Origin: Lophium mytilinum
Lineage: Eukaryota
NCBI GenBank assembly: GCA_010093605.1
Contig: MU004188.1
Coordinates: 933,673 to 997,672, forward strand
Reading direction: 5' to 3'
Length of the DNA: 64,000 nt
The notes below the pieces were generated by a model. That model ran no database searches. It was not told where the DNA came from and was given only the letters and a program-made list of their open reading frames with translations. Position 1 is the first letter of the stretch. Every line of letters begins with the position of its first letter. Positions 50,842-63,985 of the stretch are shown piece after piece. Position numbers and translations under genes: made by a program.

Positions 50842-53800
50842 ATGAAGCTGGTTAGGAATCTTCTGGGCGCTGCTGTGGTTGCGTGCTTTGCGATCCAGAC
50901 ATGTGCGCGCGCGATTGGGGGAACGCCGAAGCTTTGGATTAAGGACTCTACTCAGAAGCCTTTGCAAGATATTGTTTGTAGCGCTACTACGTCTGCAAGT
51001 GGATCGATGCTGACATAGGTGAAGGTCACATGGGACGAGAACTCGCTGTTTGTACGAGGAGAACGCATTTTCCTGTTCAGTGGAGAGGTGTGTCAGTCCC
51101 TTCTGCTTTACTCGACTGTATCCTACTTCATATTCCACATACTGATGTTGGTTTGATAGTTCCACCCATTCAGGTAAGTGAAAATCTCAGATCGAGATGA
51201 ATACCAGAGAACTCATAAGTCGGCTCCAGGTTACCGGTGCCGAGTCTCTATCTAGATGTATTCCAGAAGATCAAAGCCTTGGGCTTCAATGGCGTTTCCT
51301 TCTACATCGACTGGGCGCTGTTGGAAGGAAAGCCAGGGGAATTCAGTGCCGAAGGAGTCTTTTCGCTGGAGCCTTTCTTTGAAGCGGCCACGAAGGCTGG
51401 GATTTATCTTTTGGCGGTGAGTGGATTCATAGATGATAGATGCAAAGAAGCTGACTTGATAGCGACCTGGTCCGTATATCAATGCTGAAGTCTCTGGCGG
51501 AGGCTTTCCAGGCTGGCTTCAAAGAGTAAATGGTACCCTCCGAACGCGCGACCCAGGATATCTGCATACTACAGATTTGTACGCCAAATCAGTGGGAGAA
51601 ATCATAGCCAAAGCCCAGATAACGAACGGAGGTCCGATCATACTTGTCCAACCCGAAAACGAGTACACCGGCGCGACCTCTGATATACAACCGTTTCCGG
51701 ATCCAGTTTATATGCAATATGTGGAAGACCAGTTGAGGAAAGTTGGTATCATTGTGCCCTTGATCAGCAACGACGCAGGTCCAGAGGGCCACAACGCTCC
51801 AGGCCAGTCCGCTGCTGTAGACATCTACGGCCATGATGGCTATCCCCTAGGATTCGATTGTGCTCACCCCTACACTTGGCCGGACGGGAAACTACCAACA
51901 ACGTGGAGAGCTCTTCATCTTCAGCAAAGTCCCAATACCCCCTACTCCATTGTCGAGTTCCAGGGAGGCAGTTTCGACCCCTGGGGTGGCCTTGGCTTTG
52001 ACCAATGTTCGGTGCTTCTGAACCACGAGTTCGAGAGAGTCTTTTACAAGAACGATTACAGCTTTGGCGTGACAATATTCAACATCTACATGATTTTCGG
52101 AGGCACGAATTGGGGAAACCTCGGACACCCAGGCGGTTATACCTCATACGACTATGGCTCAGTCATCACGGAAGAACGCCTCGTAACGCGGGAGAAGTAT
52201 AGTGAGTTGAAGCTAGAAGCAAACTTCTTCAAGGTGTCGCCGGCCTATCTAGTGGCAGAGCGAGGCGACGCATCCAATTCCACTTGGACCAGCTCGACGG
52301 CACTGACCGTCACGCCTGCGTTTGCTAATAGCACTGCTTTCTACTTCGTAAGGCATGCGGCCTATAGCTCACTAGACTCGACGAGTTACAAGCTCAATGT
52401 GCAAACTTCGCAGGGCAACTTCTCGGTTCCACAACTGGGGGGTAGTTTGACGTTGAATGGACGCGACTCTAAAATACATGTCAGCGACTATGATGTTGGT
52501 GGGCTTAATATACTATACTCTACAGCGGAAGTCTTCACATGGTAAGCTTGCATAGAATTTCGCTTGGTTGCTAGAATTCCATTAACCAGCCCTTATAGGA
52601 AGAAATATGCTTCCAAGACAGTCCTGGCTGTATACGGAGGGCCTGGTGAAACGCATGAAATTGCTGTTCAGGCCTCTGATGCCACACTTGTTGAGGGCTC
52701 GGGACCTACGATCTCTAAAAAGAAGGGCTACACCATTGTCAACTGGAAGGCCTCTTCAGATCGCAAGATTGTCAAAGTCAACTCTGATGTCTTCATCTAT
52801 CTACTTGGTAACCAAAACTCTGCTCTAGGGAAGGAGGGATCCGACTGACCGTGCCATAGACCGAAACTCTGCGTACAACTACTGGGTGGTAGATCAAGCT
52901 CCTCACGATGCTTCCACTTCCGTCATCGTCAACGCGGGCTACCTCGTAAGGTCCGCCACCGTCAAAGGGAATACATTGGCTCTCGTAGGGGACTTCAATG
53001 CAACAACAGCCATTGAGGTCATCGGAGGCGCGCCCAAATCATTGTCCAAACTTACCATCAACGGAAAGTCTACGCCTTTCAAGAAGAACAATCTCGGGGT
53101 GTACACCACCACTTTGATCTTCGAAAAGCCACAGATTAGCATCCCAGACCTCAGCAAACTTAAATGGAAATACCTCGACAGCCTCCCAGAGCTCCAATCA
53201 ACCTACTCCGACGCCTCCTGGACCTCCGCAGACCTCAAAACCACCTACAACACCCTCCGGCCCCTAACCACCCCTACAAGTCTCTACAGCAGCGACTACG
53301 GCTACCACACCGGCACGCTCCTCTACCGCGGCCACTTCACCGCCACCGGCGCCGAACAAACCGTCTTCCTCTGGACCCAAGGCGGCTCCGCCTTCGGCAT
53401 GTCCGCCTTCCTCAACTCCACCTTCCTGGGTTCCTGGGCCGGCATCGACGCCGCCACCAACGCCAACACCACCTTCACGCTGCCGAACCTCGTCGCCGGC
53501 CACCCCTACGTCCTCACCGTCGTCATCGACAACATGGGCCTCGACGAGGACTGGACCGTCGGCACCGAGTCGATGAAGAACCCGCGCGGCATCCTGAACT
53601 ACGCCCTCTCCGGCCGCGAGCAGTCGGCCGTCGCTTGGAAGCTCACCGGGAACCTCGGCGGCGAGGACTACGCGGACCGCTCGCGGGGCCCGTTGAACGA
53701 GGGCGGGACGTTTGCGGAACGGCAGGGGTTCCACCTCCCCTCTGCCCCTATCAAGACGTGGGAGGACAGCGCGGGACCGACGGCTGGGATCGCGGCTGCG

Positions 53801-54178
53801 GGCATTGGGCTCTTCGCGACGACGGTTGAGTTGGATTTGCCGGTCGGCTATGATATCCCGCTGTCGTTTACGTTTACGAACGCCAGTGTTGATGCGAGTG
53901 GGTTGGCGACGGCGTATAGGGCGCAGTTGTTTGTGAATGGGTGGCAGTATGGGAAGTATGTGCATAATGTTGGGCCGCAGACGAGGTTTCCGGTGCCCGA
54001 GGGGGTTCTGGATTATAAGGGGAGGAATTACGTGGCGGTGAGTTTGTGGGCGTTGGAGGAGGGGGGAGCGAAGGTTGAGGGGTTGGAGTTGGTGGTGGAT
54101 GCGGTGGTGCAGACAGGGTATGGAGAGGTGGAGACGGTGGAGGGGGATGTGTGGACGAAGAGGAAGGGGGCGTATTGA
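50842..54178 (+). CDS. lacA: Secreted GH35 beta-galactosidase (LacA-type)
   Basis: Signal peptide, [23 protein letters not shown] (acid/base), [12 protein letters not shown] (nucleophile), [35 protein letters not shown]; multiple short introns. Confidence 0.93.
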
Positions 54179-54353
54179 GGGGATTAGAATGGGCAAGATG
54201 TCATGTAGGACTGTAGGATGGTAAAGATAATTGTGTTCCTTATATCCTGTCCATATTCCTAAACATTGGTCAAGGCTACTCGAGCAGTGACAAAGAGGTG
54301 CACACAAGTATGATAAGACGTCGGCGACATCGACTACAATATCTCATATAAAT

Positions 54354-56561
54354 TCATACAGTTGAGGTACAACTAAGCGACCGTACTCTTCGACGAATGA
54401 CCCTCCTCACACAGCAGCGGTCGCTTGCGATGACATAATTTATCATAATGGCGGCTAGCAGGATGAGGGAGAAGATCGGCCAGGTCCAGGGATGTGGGGG
54501 ATGTGCAAACGGCATGCTGAAGAACGCTAATGTAAACATCACAGGGAGGTAGATGTACTGTTATGCTTGATAAGTAATAGTTACGTACATAGATCTTAAA
54601 ATACATACCACTGTCATTCGCGTAAGTAGTCTTATGTTCTCGCCTTGCAAAAGCGCCGATCTTGCTGTTTGGGTAGCAGCAGCGCTTTCTTTGAGGCTAG
54701 ATGCCCGCGAGAGCTAACGAAAGTCAGCAAGAGGATTGCCAGAGGAGTGATCAATGATGCCTTACCCCAGCTTGTATCTCTCTGAAAAGATCGAGCTTAT
54801 TGGAGCATCCTTGGTTAAGCCTATCAAGCTGGGTGACATGATCTTCTATCTTTTCGAAGTATCCCTGCCATTTAGTAGGGAGTATTCCATTGGTAGTAAA
54901 ATAAGGCATTCGACTATTTTTGAAGGATTTCCACGCTTCCACAGTTGCATACAGGCCACCCCTAAAGCGCTGAATTGTTCGGATGACTTCATTGAGAGTC
55001 ACAGTGTGTGTACGATCTGAGTCGTCCTCCGGGATCTTGGACATTGCTTTGGCCTGGCGCAAATTAGCAGAATTCTTTCGGAAAATTTGCTTACAGTACT
55101 AGGCCACAAGTCTGGGCACATGAGATTATTTCTGCTTAGCTCCAACTTGTTCACTCGACACCACTGTTCGGGGTACCCAGGTTGCTCAACAGCCAGATAG
55201 TCAAGAGTTAGTCTAATCTGTAGTGCTTGAACCTCGACATGGCCGCTGGATCTTGAAAGTCTTGTCGGGGTACCCCAAGCAGTGGCGAAGCAGTGTGCCC
55301 AGACTTCAGGCCTGTCGCTGTACTTACATATGCTACCATACGTTCATCAAATGTCTCTATCAAAACAGTCCATTCGACACTTGCTTGCATGATACGGCGA
55401 TCGAGAATTGCCAGGAAGTATTGGCGAGGATTGAAATGAGGGTTGTCCATTTTGCTGATACCACCGAGAGGAGGATCAAAACCTTCGCCTAGGTTACAAT
55501 TCTCGAGATAGTCCTTAAGGCGGTCTTCGCTTCTGAAAAACGTATCAAGAAAGAGGTATGTAGTCCAAACCCATTCATCGGGCCCAATGATAAGGCCAGA
55601 GATCTGCGCTTCGTGGTAAAACACTTTTTCTTTATTTAGAGACCAAGAGCGAAGTGGTAGTTCGACAGATTCTCGCAGACTTTTTCCGCGTAGTTGACGG
55701 TGGTCTTTTAGTTTTGGGCCGCATCGCATAGCGTAGTAGGGAATGTGAAATTCCAATATAAAACCCCAAGTCTAAGTAGATGAGCGCTGAGCCTAGGTTT
55801 TGTTTCAAGCTGCATAATGGCACCTACTAATGTTGTGAGGCCAAGCAGATTCTCCCTTAGTAAGTATCTACGAAGAAAATTCCGCAAAGGGGTGGCTGTG
55901 CGTTTCGGTGCTGTAGAAGCCAGCGCTAGAGCTGCCGCGGAAGTAGGATTGGGAAGGTATCTAGCTAACATTAGGCTGTATTCAATTTAGACAGGATATG
56001 GGATATGTGACGTACGCTATTCTTTTCTCGGAGCGGTGGGTATTGGTAAATCTCTGTAATTCGAGTGTCCAAGTCAGGTTAGAGCTTCTGCGAAGGCGAT
56101 GATAGCAACTTATCACTTACATTTGCCTTGAGGTATTCGTAGAACTGAGGAATAGCTTGTTTCTCTGATATGACAACATGGCCCTTGTACTTGTCTCCGT
56201 CCCATTGTTCAGAGGACCTAGAATTATTGCATCGATCATCTACAAGAGCGATGTCACGGCTCTTACTCGAAATGGCGATATCGTGTTCAATGTAATGCGA
56301 TGGAAGAAGTGATCGACTTGGAGAAGTAACAGCCTCACTAAGGAAATCTCGCATGCATTGATGCCTCCGTGGTATGGATAGTTCTAGTTCATCGCTGTCG
56401 TGTGGGATAAATTCATCAATAACAGACGTGCTGGGTACGTCTTGAGATGGAAACAGTCGACTATCCTCAGCGCGATGGAGGTTCTCGTTGCGCGTTGTAT
56501 ATTGTTGCCATGGATGGAAAGGCCGACCATTCCCCACAGGCCCCGAGAATTGAGCTTCCAT
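54354..56561 (-). CDS. Fungal CorA-like (Mg2+ transporter-like C-terminal) membrane protein
   Basis: Six introns join into one frame; LEFHIPYYA, YHEAQIS.LI.G.DEWVWT.Y...DTFF, coiled region, then two TM helices (NIRLLTRMTV|YIYLPVMFTLAFFSM). Confidence 0.65.
55094..55320. mobile_element. 227-bp Tc1/mariner-type MITE inside an intron
   Basis: Left end TA|CAGTACTAGGCCACAAGTCTGGGCACA, right end (reverse complement) TA|CAGCGACAGGCCTGAAGTCTGGGCACA; TA on both sides (55092-93, 55321-22); homologous copies at 63074-63985. Confidence 0.85.
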
Positions 56562-57655
56562 GGCCGAAGCCTTCGGGTGACAAAGGTGAAGCCATCAAAC
56601 GCAGGGGAATGAGATAGACTTATTCCTAAAGGCCTCAGAAAGTCATTTACGCCCGGCACTGCCACGAAGAGGCGTTAAGGCAAATTGCAGAGCATGCTTG
56701 CTAGATGGAGCAGGCTGAGACCTGAGTGTAGGCAGTCCTCGATATCTTATTCGATGGTTGTTGAAGAAACGTGACGAGATGCGAGGTGACGCTGCAGGTT
56801 TCTGCCCCAATTCTGCCCGACAGGTGCATGCATGCGGCTCATTCGCTCGCGTATAGTGGCAGGCAACAAGGCAGACTAACGGGCAATAGCGGGATCGCAG
56901 GTGACGTGCAGACAGCTGTCATGGATAGCGTTTTCTTTTCATCACATTGGCTTCTCTCACCGACCTCTGGTATGGGCGGCTCATAAGTCGTCTTCTGTTT
57001 GTGCTATGGACCCGAAACTCAAGCGCGCCTGCGAAGTGGACGTCGGCCCCTACTTATCAGGAGTGATGCTCCTAGAGTCTACGATAGTACGTCGCTCTGA
57101 ATCACCGAAGCGTTCTCCTCTGTTCATACGCTACCCACAGTCATATCGGTCTTCAGTGCCATGCACGACGGGATGCGAAAATCACAGTCTTGGACCTAGG
57201 CAAAGCCACTGTATAGATCCGCAGTATCACGACTGTCGAAGGAATGAAGAGGTAGCAAGTGATGGAGCATTGATGGACGGCGATAACGACGTCTGGCAAT
57301 GTGTGAGTTCCTTACACGTCACCAAGCTTCAAACATCATACCTAACTGACCCCAGCATTTCTGTGGTGATGGACCGATGCCTGTTGCAACAACTCCCTAT
57401 TGTGAAAGTTGTCACCACGAGAAGTGTAGGGAATGTACAGTGAAGCCGAGGTGACGAGGGTTTCACGAGGGATTTCATTCGAAGGCAGCGATTCTACTAA
57501 CCTTCCTACTTCAAGTGGCGCCGTCTTCTCTCAATATGTAGAACCGAATACGTCGTATGCATCTAGGTTACGTAGAGTACCTCAATATTTTATCGCAATT
57601 CGGTTGGGTTTGCGAATCTTGACTCGATTGCTTGCGTATCTTGGTGATGTAGTAG

Positions 57656-59012
57656 TTAGCTAGCCTTCTTAGTTCTCCGTGACCCGGCCGTTTTGCCATC
57701 ATTCCCGCTAGTAGTAGCAGAGGCATCGGTTTTGCCTTCGTTCTTCTTTTCCGCGTCGTTTTTCAATTCTTTCTCCTTCTTTTCCTTTGCTCTTCTCAAT
57801 GCAGCCTCCTTCTCCAAAGCTTGGATAGTGTTCTCACTGAGTTCCCATAGCTTCTTCTGTACTTCCTCGTCCTCGATTTCCGGTTTCACGAACTTGACTT
57901 CCCTACACTCTTTCAAAAATCGCCCACCTTCCCCCCTTCCGTAGTGCTCATCCATGGCTGCATACAAAAACGTCTGCGCCCCATGCTCAGGACCTTTCAG
58001 TACCAGCCACCAGAATGGCCACATAACAAGGTAGAGCGCCAGGCCCCATAAGCTCCCAAAGGTGAGATATCTTCGCATTCCGGGGGTTCTTGTCCAACCC
58101 GGATCGACCAAGATAACTCGTGAATTCATTGGCTTCTTGTCCGGACGCGCGTAAGCGGCAAGATGCTTCTGAAAAGCAGAGGCAAACGTCATGACGGCTA
58201 GTTTGGAGGTGGCGTAAGCGGATGAAGGAGTGAAAGGGGCTTGTTTTGGAGCCGCTGCAGCCTGCTGCTTCGACTTTGATTTAGATTTCGACTTTGCGCC
58301 TTTCTCCGAACTTTCTTGCGAAAGGCCGAGATCTGGCAATGTTCCGCCCATGTAGGAGCTGCATGTCCCAAATACTATCCGCACGTCTCGGTCTGGGGGT
58401 TGTGCGCGTAAGGCTGGACTCAGGATGCTCAACAGGTGGAAGTTGGCAAGGTAGTTCAGGCCCCAGCTTGACTCAAGCCCGTCCTCTGTTATGGATGCCT
58501 TCCCGCCTGACGGGGTTCGAGTGTCCGCGCATAGGATGATCGTGTCTATTCGACGAGGAGGGGCATTGTCAACCCATTTCGTCGCGAAAAGTCGTATGCT
58601 GTGGAGCGAAGCCAGGTCGACGGATTCCGCGGTTATGAGCTCATTGTTTGTTTGGGCCCTCATGTCCATTATGAAGTCCACGAGGAAAGGGTCGGAGAGC
58701 GGTTGCTGGGTAAGGAGGACTATTTGAGCGCCGCGAGTTGCTAGGCCTCGAGCTACTTCAGCTCCGATACCTGATGTACCACCCTACAACCTCATGATTA
58801 GCATATGGTAGACACTTTCTGACCTCTTGTCTTACGGTTATCATGACCACTTTCGAATGCATCACTCGTTCGGAAGTGTTCGACGCGCCATTGAAGTATC
58901 TTTTGAGCAGTACGAGTACTGCAACCCAAATCACAGCTTTGACAGCAGTCCAGCCAAAGGGGATAGCGGATATGCCATTGAATAAGCCCGCAGCGGCAAA
59001 AGGGATAGGCAT
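57656..59012 (-). CDS. Short-chain dehydrogenase/reductase (YNL181W/Pbr1-like, ER-anchored)
   Basis: KVVMIT|GGTSGIG Rossmann motif across an intron, DLASLHSIRLFATKW, NYLANFHLL, YATSK (YxxxK), VDPG..RTP. Confidence 0.85.
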
Positions 59013-59940
59013 AATTGCCCTTCACGCAAATGTTGTTCAGAATGGAAGCCACGCGGAATCGAGGTGCCAAGAATCATCAATTTAGGGAACAATTTTGCGC
59101 CGACCCGGCTTGGCTAGCGTCATATTTCAGGTGGTGGACGACCTAACGCGGATCATATCAAGCAGGTCTCAACCAACCTTCTTCGTTAGATTGAGGGTTT
59201 CAATTTGAAGACTGTCTACTCGCAAGCTTGTCCAGAGAAGCCTGCCCCTATCTCCCAGAAGCAAATGTTAGGACCCTGAATGATCTTCTTCGTCAAGTTC
59301 CAGAAAGTGTTGGCTGTCTACTTCTACCTAAGTACCTAGGAAGGTACCTCAGGGTGGCAAGAAACTTCAGGTGAGTCAGAAGCGTCCACTATTTCGGGAC
59401 ATCATGCAATCCTACCATGTATCGACCGTTTTTTCCCATTCAAATATACTGTCGTGAGTCACAAGAGCTCCAGACTCCATAAACCGAGTCAGCCTTGCCT
59501 ATCCCGTGAAGGCAGCCATGTGTATCAAAGCGGGGTATTTGTCCCTCCCAGTACTGTGAAACATTTTGACATCATCGGTGATACAGTACATCACAACTTT
59601 ATCGGGCCACTATACGTCGTACCTACTCATGTGAATACTTACAACGTGACAAAGCTTTGAAATTATTCCAATGGACGTTAGTTCAGAGTTACGCCATCTG
59701 AGACTCAGCTCGCCCTACCCGCCCTATCTGAACTCCGTTCCGCGGGTGGCCTGAAAAGGACCATCCTCTTGGCTCCTGTGCCGCACAAGGCAGCAGTCTC
59801 GTCGTGCTAGCATGCTTGACTATTTAGATCACTTCTATGCCGTTATACTTTTATACAATCCAATCCAATTTTATTATTGTTTGCATTACTCCACTACTCA
59901 ATCACCTCTTATCCACGTGATGCATACATCCGAAATCAAC

Positions 59941-61921
59941 ATGGGCGCTGCCGCAGCTGATCAAACCAAGGTCGAAGGAAGCAATGGCGAGCTTGTCCCT
60001 ACTGGCATGAAGTGCAATCTTCGGAATCTCTACGAGGGCGATCCTGATCGTCGTGGCCGTACTTCGTGGACTACCAAGTATCCATCTGATCTGGATGAGC
60101 CCCCGGAGAATGCTGAATCAGCACAATATGCACTGGTCGCTCGCAACAAGAAGTGTTACGATGGCAGAAAGAAGCTACGTGTGGAGTCCATCGTCATTCA
60201 AAGCCCTCTCTTGAAGAAAGTTCTTGGCGTCGTTCTTGCGGGATACCCTGGAATCACTACCAGTCTAGAGAGGCTGGAATTCTCTTCCCCATTCGAGCCG
60301 TTCGTCCATCGCTGGGAACAGTTTGCAGAGGCGAAGGAGACTACCAGTAATCGGGAAACCAATGAACATCTGAATCTTCTATGGGAAGTGCTCGAAGAAG
60401 AACTGAGAGATACGATTCGTGAGAAAAAGGACCTTATCGCCAACGGTGTAGTGACCTTCGACAGCATCTGGACAATTTTTGAACCGGGAAGCTTGGTGTA
60501 CACGAAAGAAGAAGGCCATGACAGGATCTTCAGATTGAGGAAGGGTACCTACGGTTCCAACCAATGTGGCCGTTTCTATGCTCTCAACGTAAGCTACATC
60601 GATTTCGACGGCGAGAACTTTGGCCACGGTACGCAAACCTTACAGATTGGAGCATTTGCGGGGACTGGGCCAATCCGCCGACTGTCTGCCTTTCCACTGG
60701 CATACCACCCAGACCCGGAATCCATCAAAAGAACATTGATCGCTAGGGGTAAGGTCTTTGAAGCCTACAAGGGTTACCACTTCAAGGCCTATCAAGGCAT
60801 TGCCATGGGTCACGGTGCCTGGGGCCCTATCCATTTCAGTGTCGACAGCCGTATTATTATTGATACTTACGCCTACAATCGCTTCAACCCGAACCGGAAG
60901 ATCTCACTTGAATACCTCAAGCCCGAGGGCGAGGGCGAAGACGAAGAGGTTGACGATTGCAACGAGTGTGACTCTGACATGAGCTTCATCGATGGTATTA
61001 CCACGCCGTCGAATGGAAGTACCCCTTTGAGCGAAGACCAGCTCTTGCTCTGCACGCCAAAGTTGAGAGGATACTCATTGAAGGACAAGAAGTGGCTGAT
61101 ATTCTTCCTCCATTCTGTCAAGGACATTGTGTGGAACGACCAGGCCTTCGACTCTCTCGTTGCGCCTCCTGAGCAAAAGGAACTGATCCTCGCATTTGCA
61201 CAGGTAAGTGAGGCACGCGATCCGTCGATATGCATTTGGCTGATAAGGATTGCAGTCCCAAGCGTTGAACAAGCAGTGCTTCGACGATTTCATCCAAGGA
61301 AAAGGCCGCGGCATCATCATGTTGCTCTCCGGCCCACCTGGAGTTGGGAAAACGCTGACTGCAGAGTCTGTGGCTGAGACAATGAAGGTTCCCCTCTACA
61401 TGATGAGCGCTGGGGATCTTGGAACTGAGCCTTCTGACGTGGAAAGCTCGCTTTCTAACATCCTGGAGATGAACACAAAGTGGAACGCAGTGCTCCTTCT
61501 TGATGAGGCAGATGTGTTCCTGGAAGCTCGGAGTGCTCACGATCTGGAAAGAAACAAGCTTGTATCGATCTTCCTTCGATTGCTGGAATATTACGAAGGG
61601 ATCTTGTTTCTGACAACTAACCGGGTCGACAACATCGACGCTGCTTTCGAATCGAGAATCCACCTCTCCCTTCAATATGACCACCTAGATCAAGCGTCAC
61701 GCCATCATGTTTGGTCTACTTTCCTGTCCCGATCAAGCAACGTCGGCAAGTTCTCGAACCAGGAGGTAGACAAGCTGGCTGCGGTATCGCTGAATGGAAG
61801 GCAAATCAAGAACATCCTGAAGACAGCACAGTTGCTTGCAAGTAAACAGGGCGGCGACTTGAGATACTCTCATGTCGATACGGTGATGAGACTGCGCGCT
61901 GCAAACGTCAGGACGGCCTGA
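59941..61921 (+). CDS. Fungal AAA+ ATPase
   Basis: DDFIQGKGRG, Walker A GPPGVGKT, Walker B LLLDEAD, FLTTNR, AFESRIH; intron 61204-61255. Start chosen on context (alternative ATG at 59920). Confidence 0.9.
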
Positions 61922-62276
61922 TGTAGTAGGGTATGCCATTTGGCATTGAGATGTGCCTTTTACGGTTGTGTGTACACCTACCAGCCATTGTTTGGGGTGC
62001 GTCAATAAGTTTCCAGATAGCACCAAATGAAGAGTAGTATTATCTCGTTCGTATGTCTAAGAATGCATTGAAGCATCACAAGAGGTAGATGCAGAGCCGA
62101 GCGAAAGAGATTACGTCATACCGGAGAAATGTTATTCCGCTGTAAATCTTGGCATCTCTCACATCTAGAGGTCTTGTGTTGCCTCGCCATCAACGCGTTG
62201 TCCTGTCGTCAACACGTCGCCTGTCACCGTCGCCAGCCACCAACACAACTACTAACACATTCACTCACTCATCAGG

Positions 62277-62843
62277 ATGGAGGAAGAAGACGCTGAGTCC
62301 TCTTCCGTGCCGCTCGTGGAGCAGCGCAACTTCGGGACCGGACTCTGGCGCAAGAAGCCCATCGAGTTCGTGTCCAAATCCACTCCAGCTCCAAAATCTG
62401 AGCCTACACCCGTCAGATTTTCCCTCATGGACTTCTACGTCAAGAACAAGCTTCTCCCAGCCACTAACAATAACTCGCTCGCACCCAACAGTGGTGTACC
62501 CCCCATGATGTCCACGCCCCTGGCTCATACCTTCTCTCACCTTGATCGTACGCGAAAAGGTCTCACGATGCTCGAAACCTGCGGTTGGGATCCGGACAGT
62601 GGGTTGGGATTGGGCACGAAGGGTGAGGGCATACTATCTCCGGTCAAGGTTGAGGCAAAGAATGACACTGTCGGATTGGGATTCAAGCTTCCGAAGGTCA
62701 CCGAACCTGCTGCGCAGAAGAAACCGCAGAACTTGAACGCCCGCCAAATGCGGAAGTTGCATGAAGAGGAGAAGAAGAAGCACAAGGAACTGGTGAAGAT
62801 GTTCTACGGGAAGGACGACGAGGACAAATATCTTGGTCAATAG
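62277..62843 (+). CDS. Small G-patch domain protein
   Basis: KGLTMLETCGWDPDSGLGLGTKGEGILSPV...KNDTVGLG G-patch; basic coiled C-terminus. Confidence 0.8.
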   Translation: MEEEDAESSSVPLVEQRNFGTGLWRKKPIEFVSKSTPAPKSEPTPVRFSLMDFYVKNKLLPATNNNSLAPNSGVPPMMSTPLAHTFSHLDRTRKGLTMLETCGWDPDSGLGLGTKGEGILSPVKVEAKNDTVGLGFKLPKVTEPAAQKKPQNLNARQMRKLHEEEKKKHKELVKMFYGKDDEDKYLGQ

Positions 62844-63073
62844 CGGTGGGATACCAACAAGCCAGGACAATTTGTCTTGGAAGCATAGCGATGGCGTTAT
62901 AGGGGCACAGCGAATACCCTGAAAGTAATACAACATACACCACTCTATCATAGGTCTGCGTGCTTTCTTGTGCCACCCTTCGTATGGTTTTGTCAGAAAA
63001 TAGCAATGCTAACGTGTTAAGGCTCCACCATCTAGGGTCGCTATATGTCGCCTCGAGCTGTCAGATTAATCTA

Positions 63074-63985
63074 CAGTACTAAGCCATAAATCTGGGTACA
63101 CAGATTTGTCACCACTTGGATTCAATGCTGCTTACCTGACACCACTGTAGGGGGTAGCCTGGCTGCTAAGAAGCTACGCAGTCAAGAGGCAGTCAAATCT
63201 GCACTGCTAGAAGCTCGGCATTACCATAGAGCCTAGAATCCTGTAAGACCCGGATCCGTTCCTGCTCAGCTCTGATTTGCTCACTTAACACTACTGTAGG
63301 GGGTAGCCTGGTTGCTATAGAGCTAAGTAGTTAAGATGCTGTCTAATCTAGACTGTGTGAAACTTAATATTGCCTTATACCATTAAAATCCTGTAAGACA
63401 CGCATCTATTCCCAATTAGCTCTATATTGCTTACTCAACAATACTGTAGGGGGTAGCCTGGCTGCTAAGGAGCTACGTAGTTAAGAGGCAGTCTAATTTG
63501 TGCTGTTTGAAACTTGACATCGCCTTTAGATCTTCGAGATTCTTAGGGGGTCCTCCAAGTAGTGGCGAACTAGTAGGCTTTGACTTCTGCCCTGTTACCG
63601 ACTACTAATCCATTAGGCTAGGCACCCAGATCTATCACTGCTCAGCCTCAATTTTGCACACTCGACACCACTGTCGGGGGTAGCCTGGCTGTTAAGCAGC
63701 TACGTGGTTGAAAAGGAGTCTAATCTGCACTGCTGGAAACTCGACATCGCCCTAGGACTTTCAAAATCTTTAGGGGGCGCCCTAAGCAGTGGCGAACCAG
63801 TATGCTCTGACTTCGGCTCTATTACCGACTACTGAACCATTAGCCTAGGCACACGAATCTGTTGCTGCTTGGCTTCAATGTTGCTTTATCGATACTACTG
63901 TAAGGGACGGCCCCACTGGTTGGCGATTACTGCGTCAAGAGGTAGCCTGATTCTCGTTGCGTTAACTATTGCATTTGATGTCGCA
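63074..63985. repeat. Tandem array derived from the 227-bp MITE (periods 149/150/227/227 bp)
   Basis: Anchor motif CTGT(A/C)GGGGGTAGCCTGG at 63145, 63294, 63444 and 63671, degenerate at 63898; array opens with TA|CAGTACTAAGCCATAAATCTGGGTACA, matching the MITE left TIR. Confidence 0.85.

Noticed and set aside
55054..55327. Introner-like element
   Set aside because: The splice sites lie outside the repeated element, which has TIRs and a TA duplication; it is an insertion into a pre-existing intron.
56771..57663. ORFs between the CorA-like and SDR genes
   Set aside because: No recognisable motifs or splice-supported model.
63074..63985. CRISPR-like array or repeat-protein gene
   Set aside because: Whole units are homologous with no unique spacers, the frames I checked contain stops, and the periods 149 and 227 are not multiples of three.
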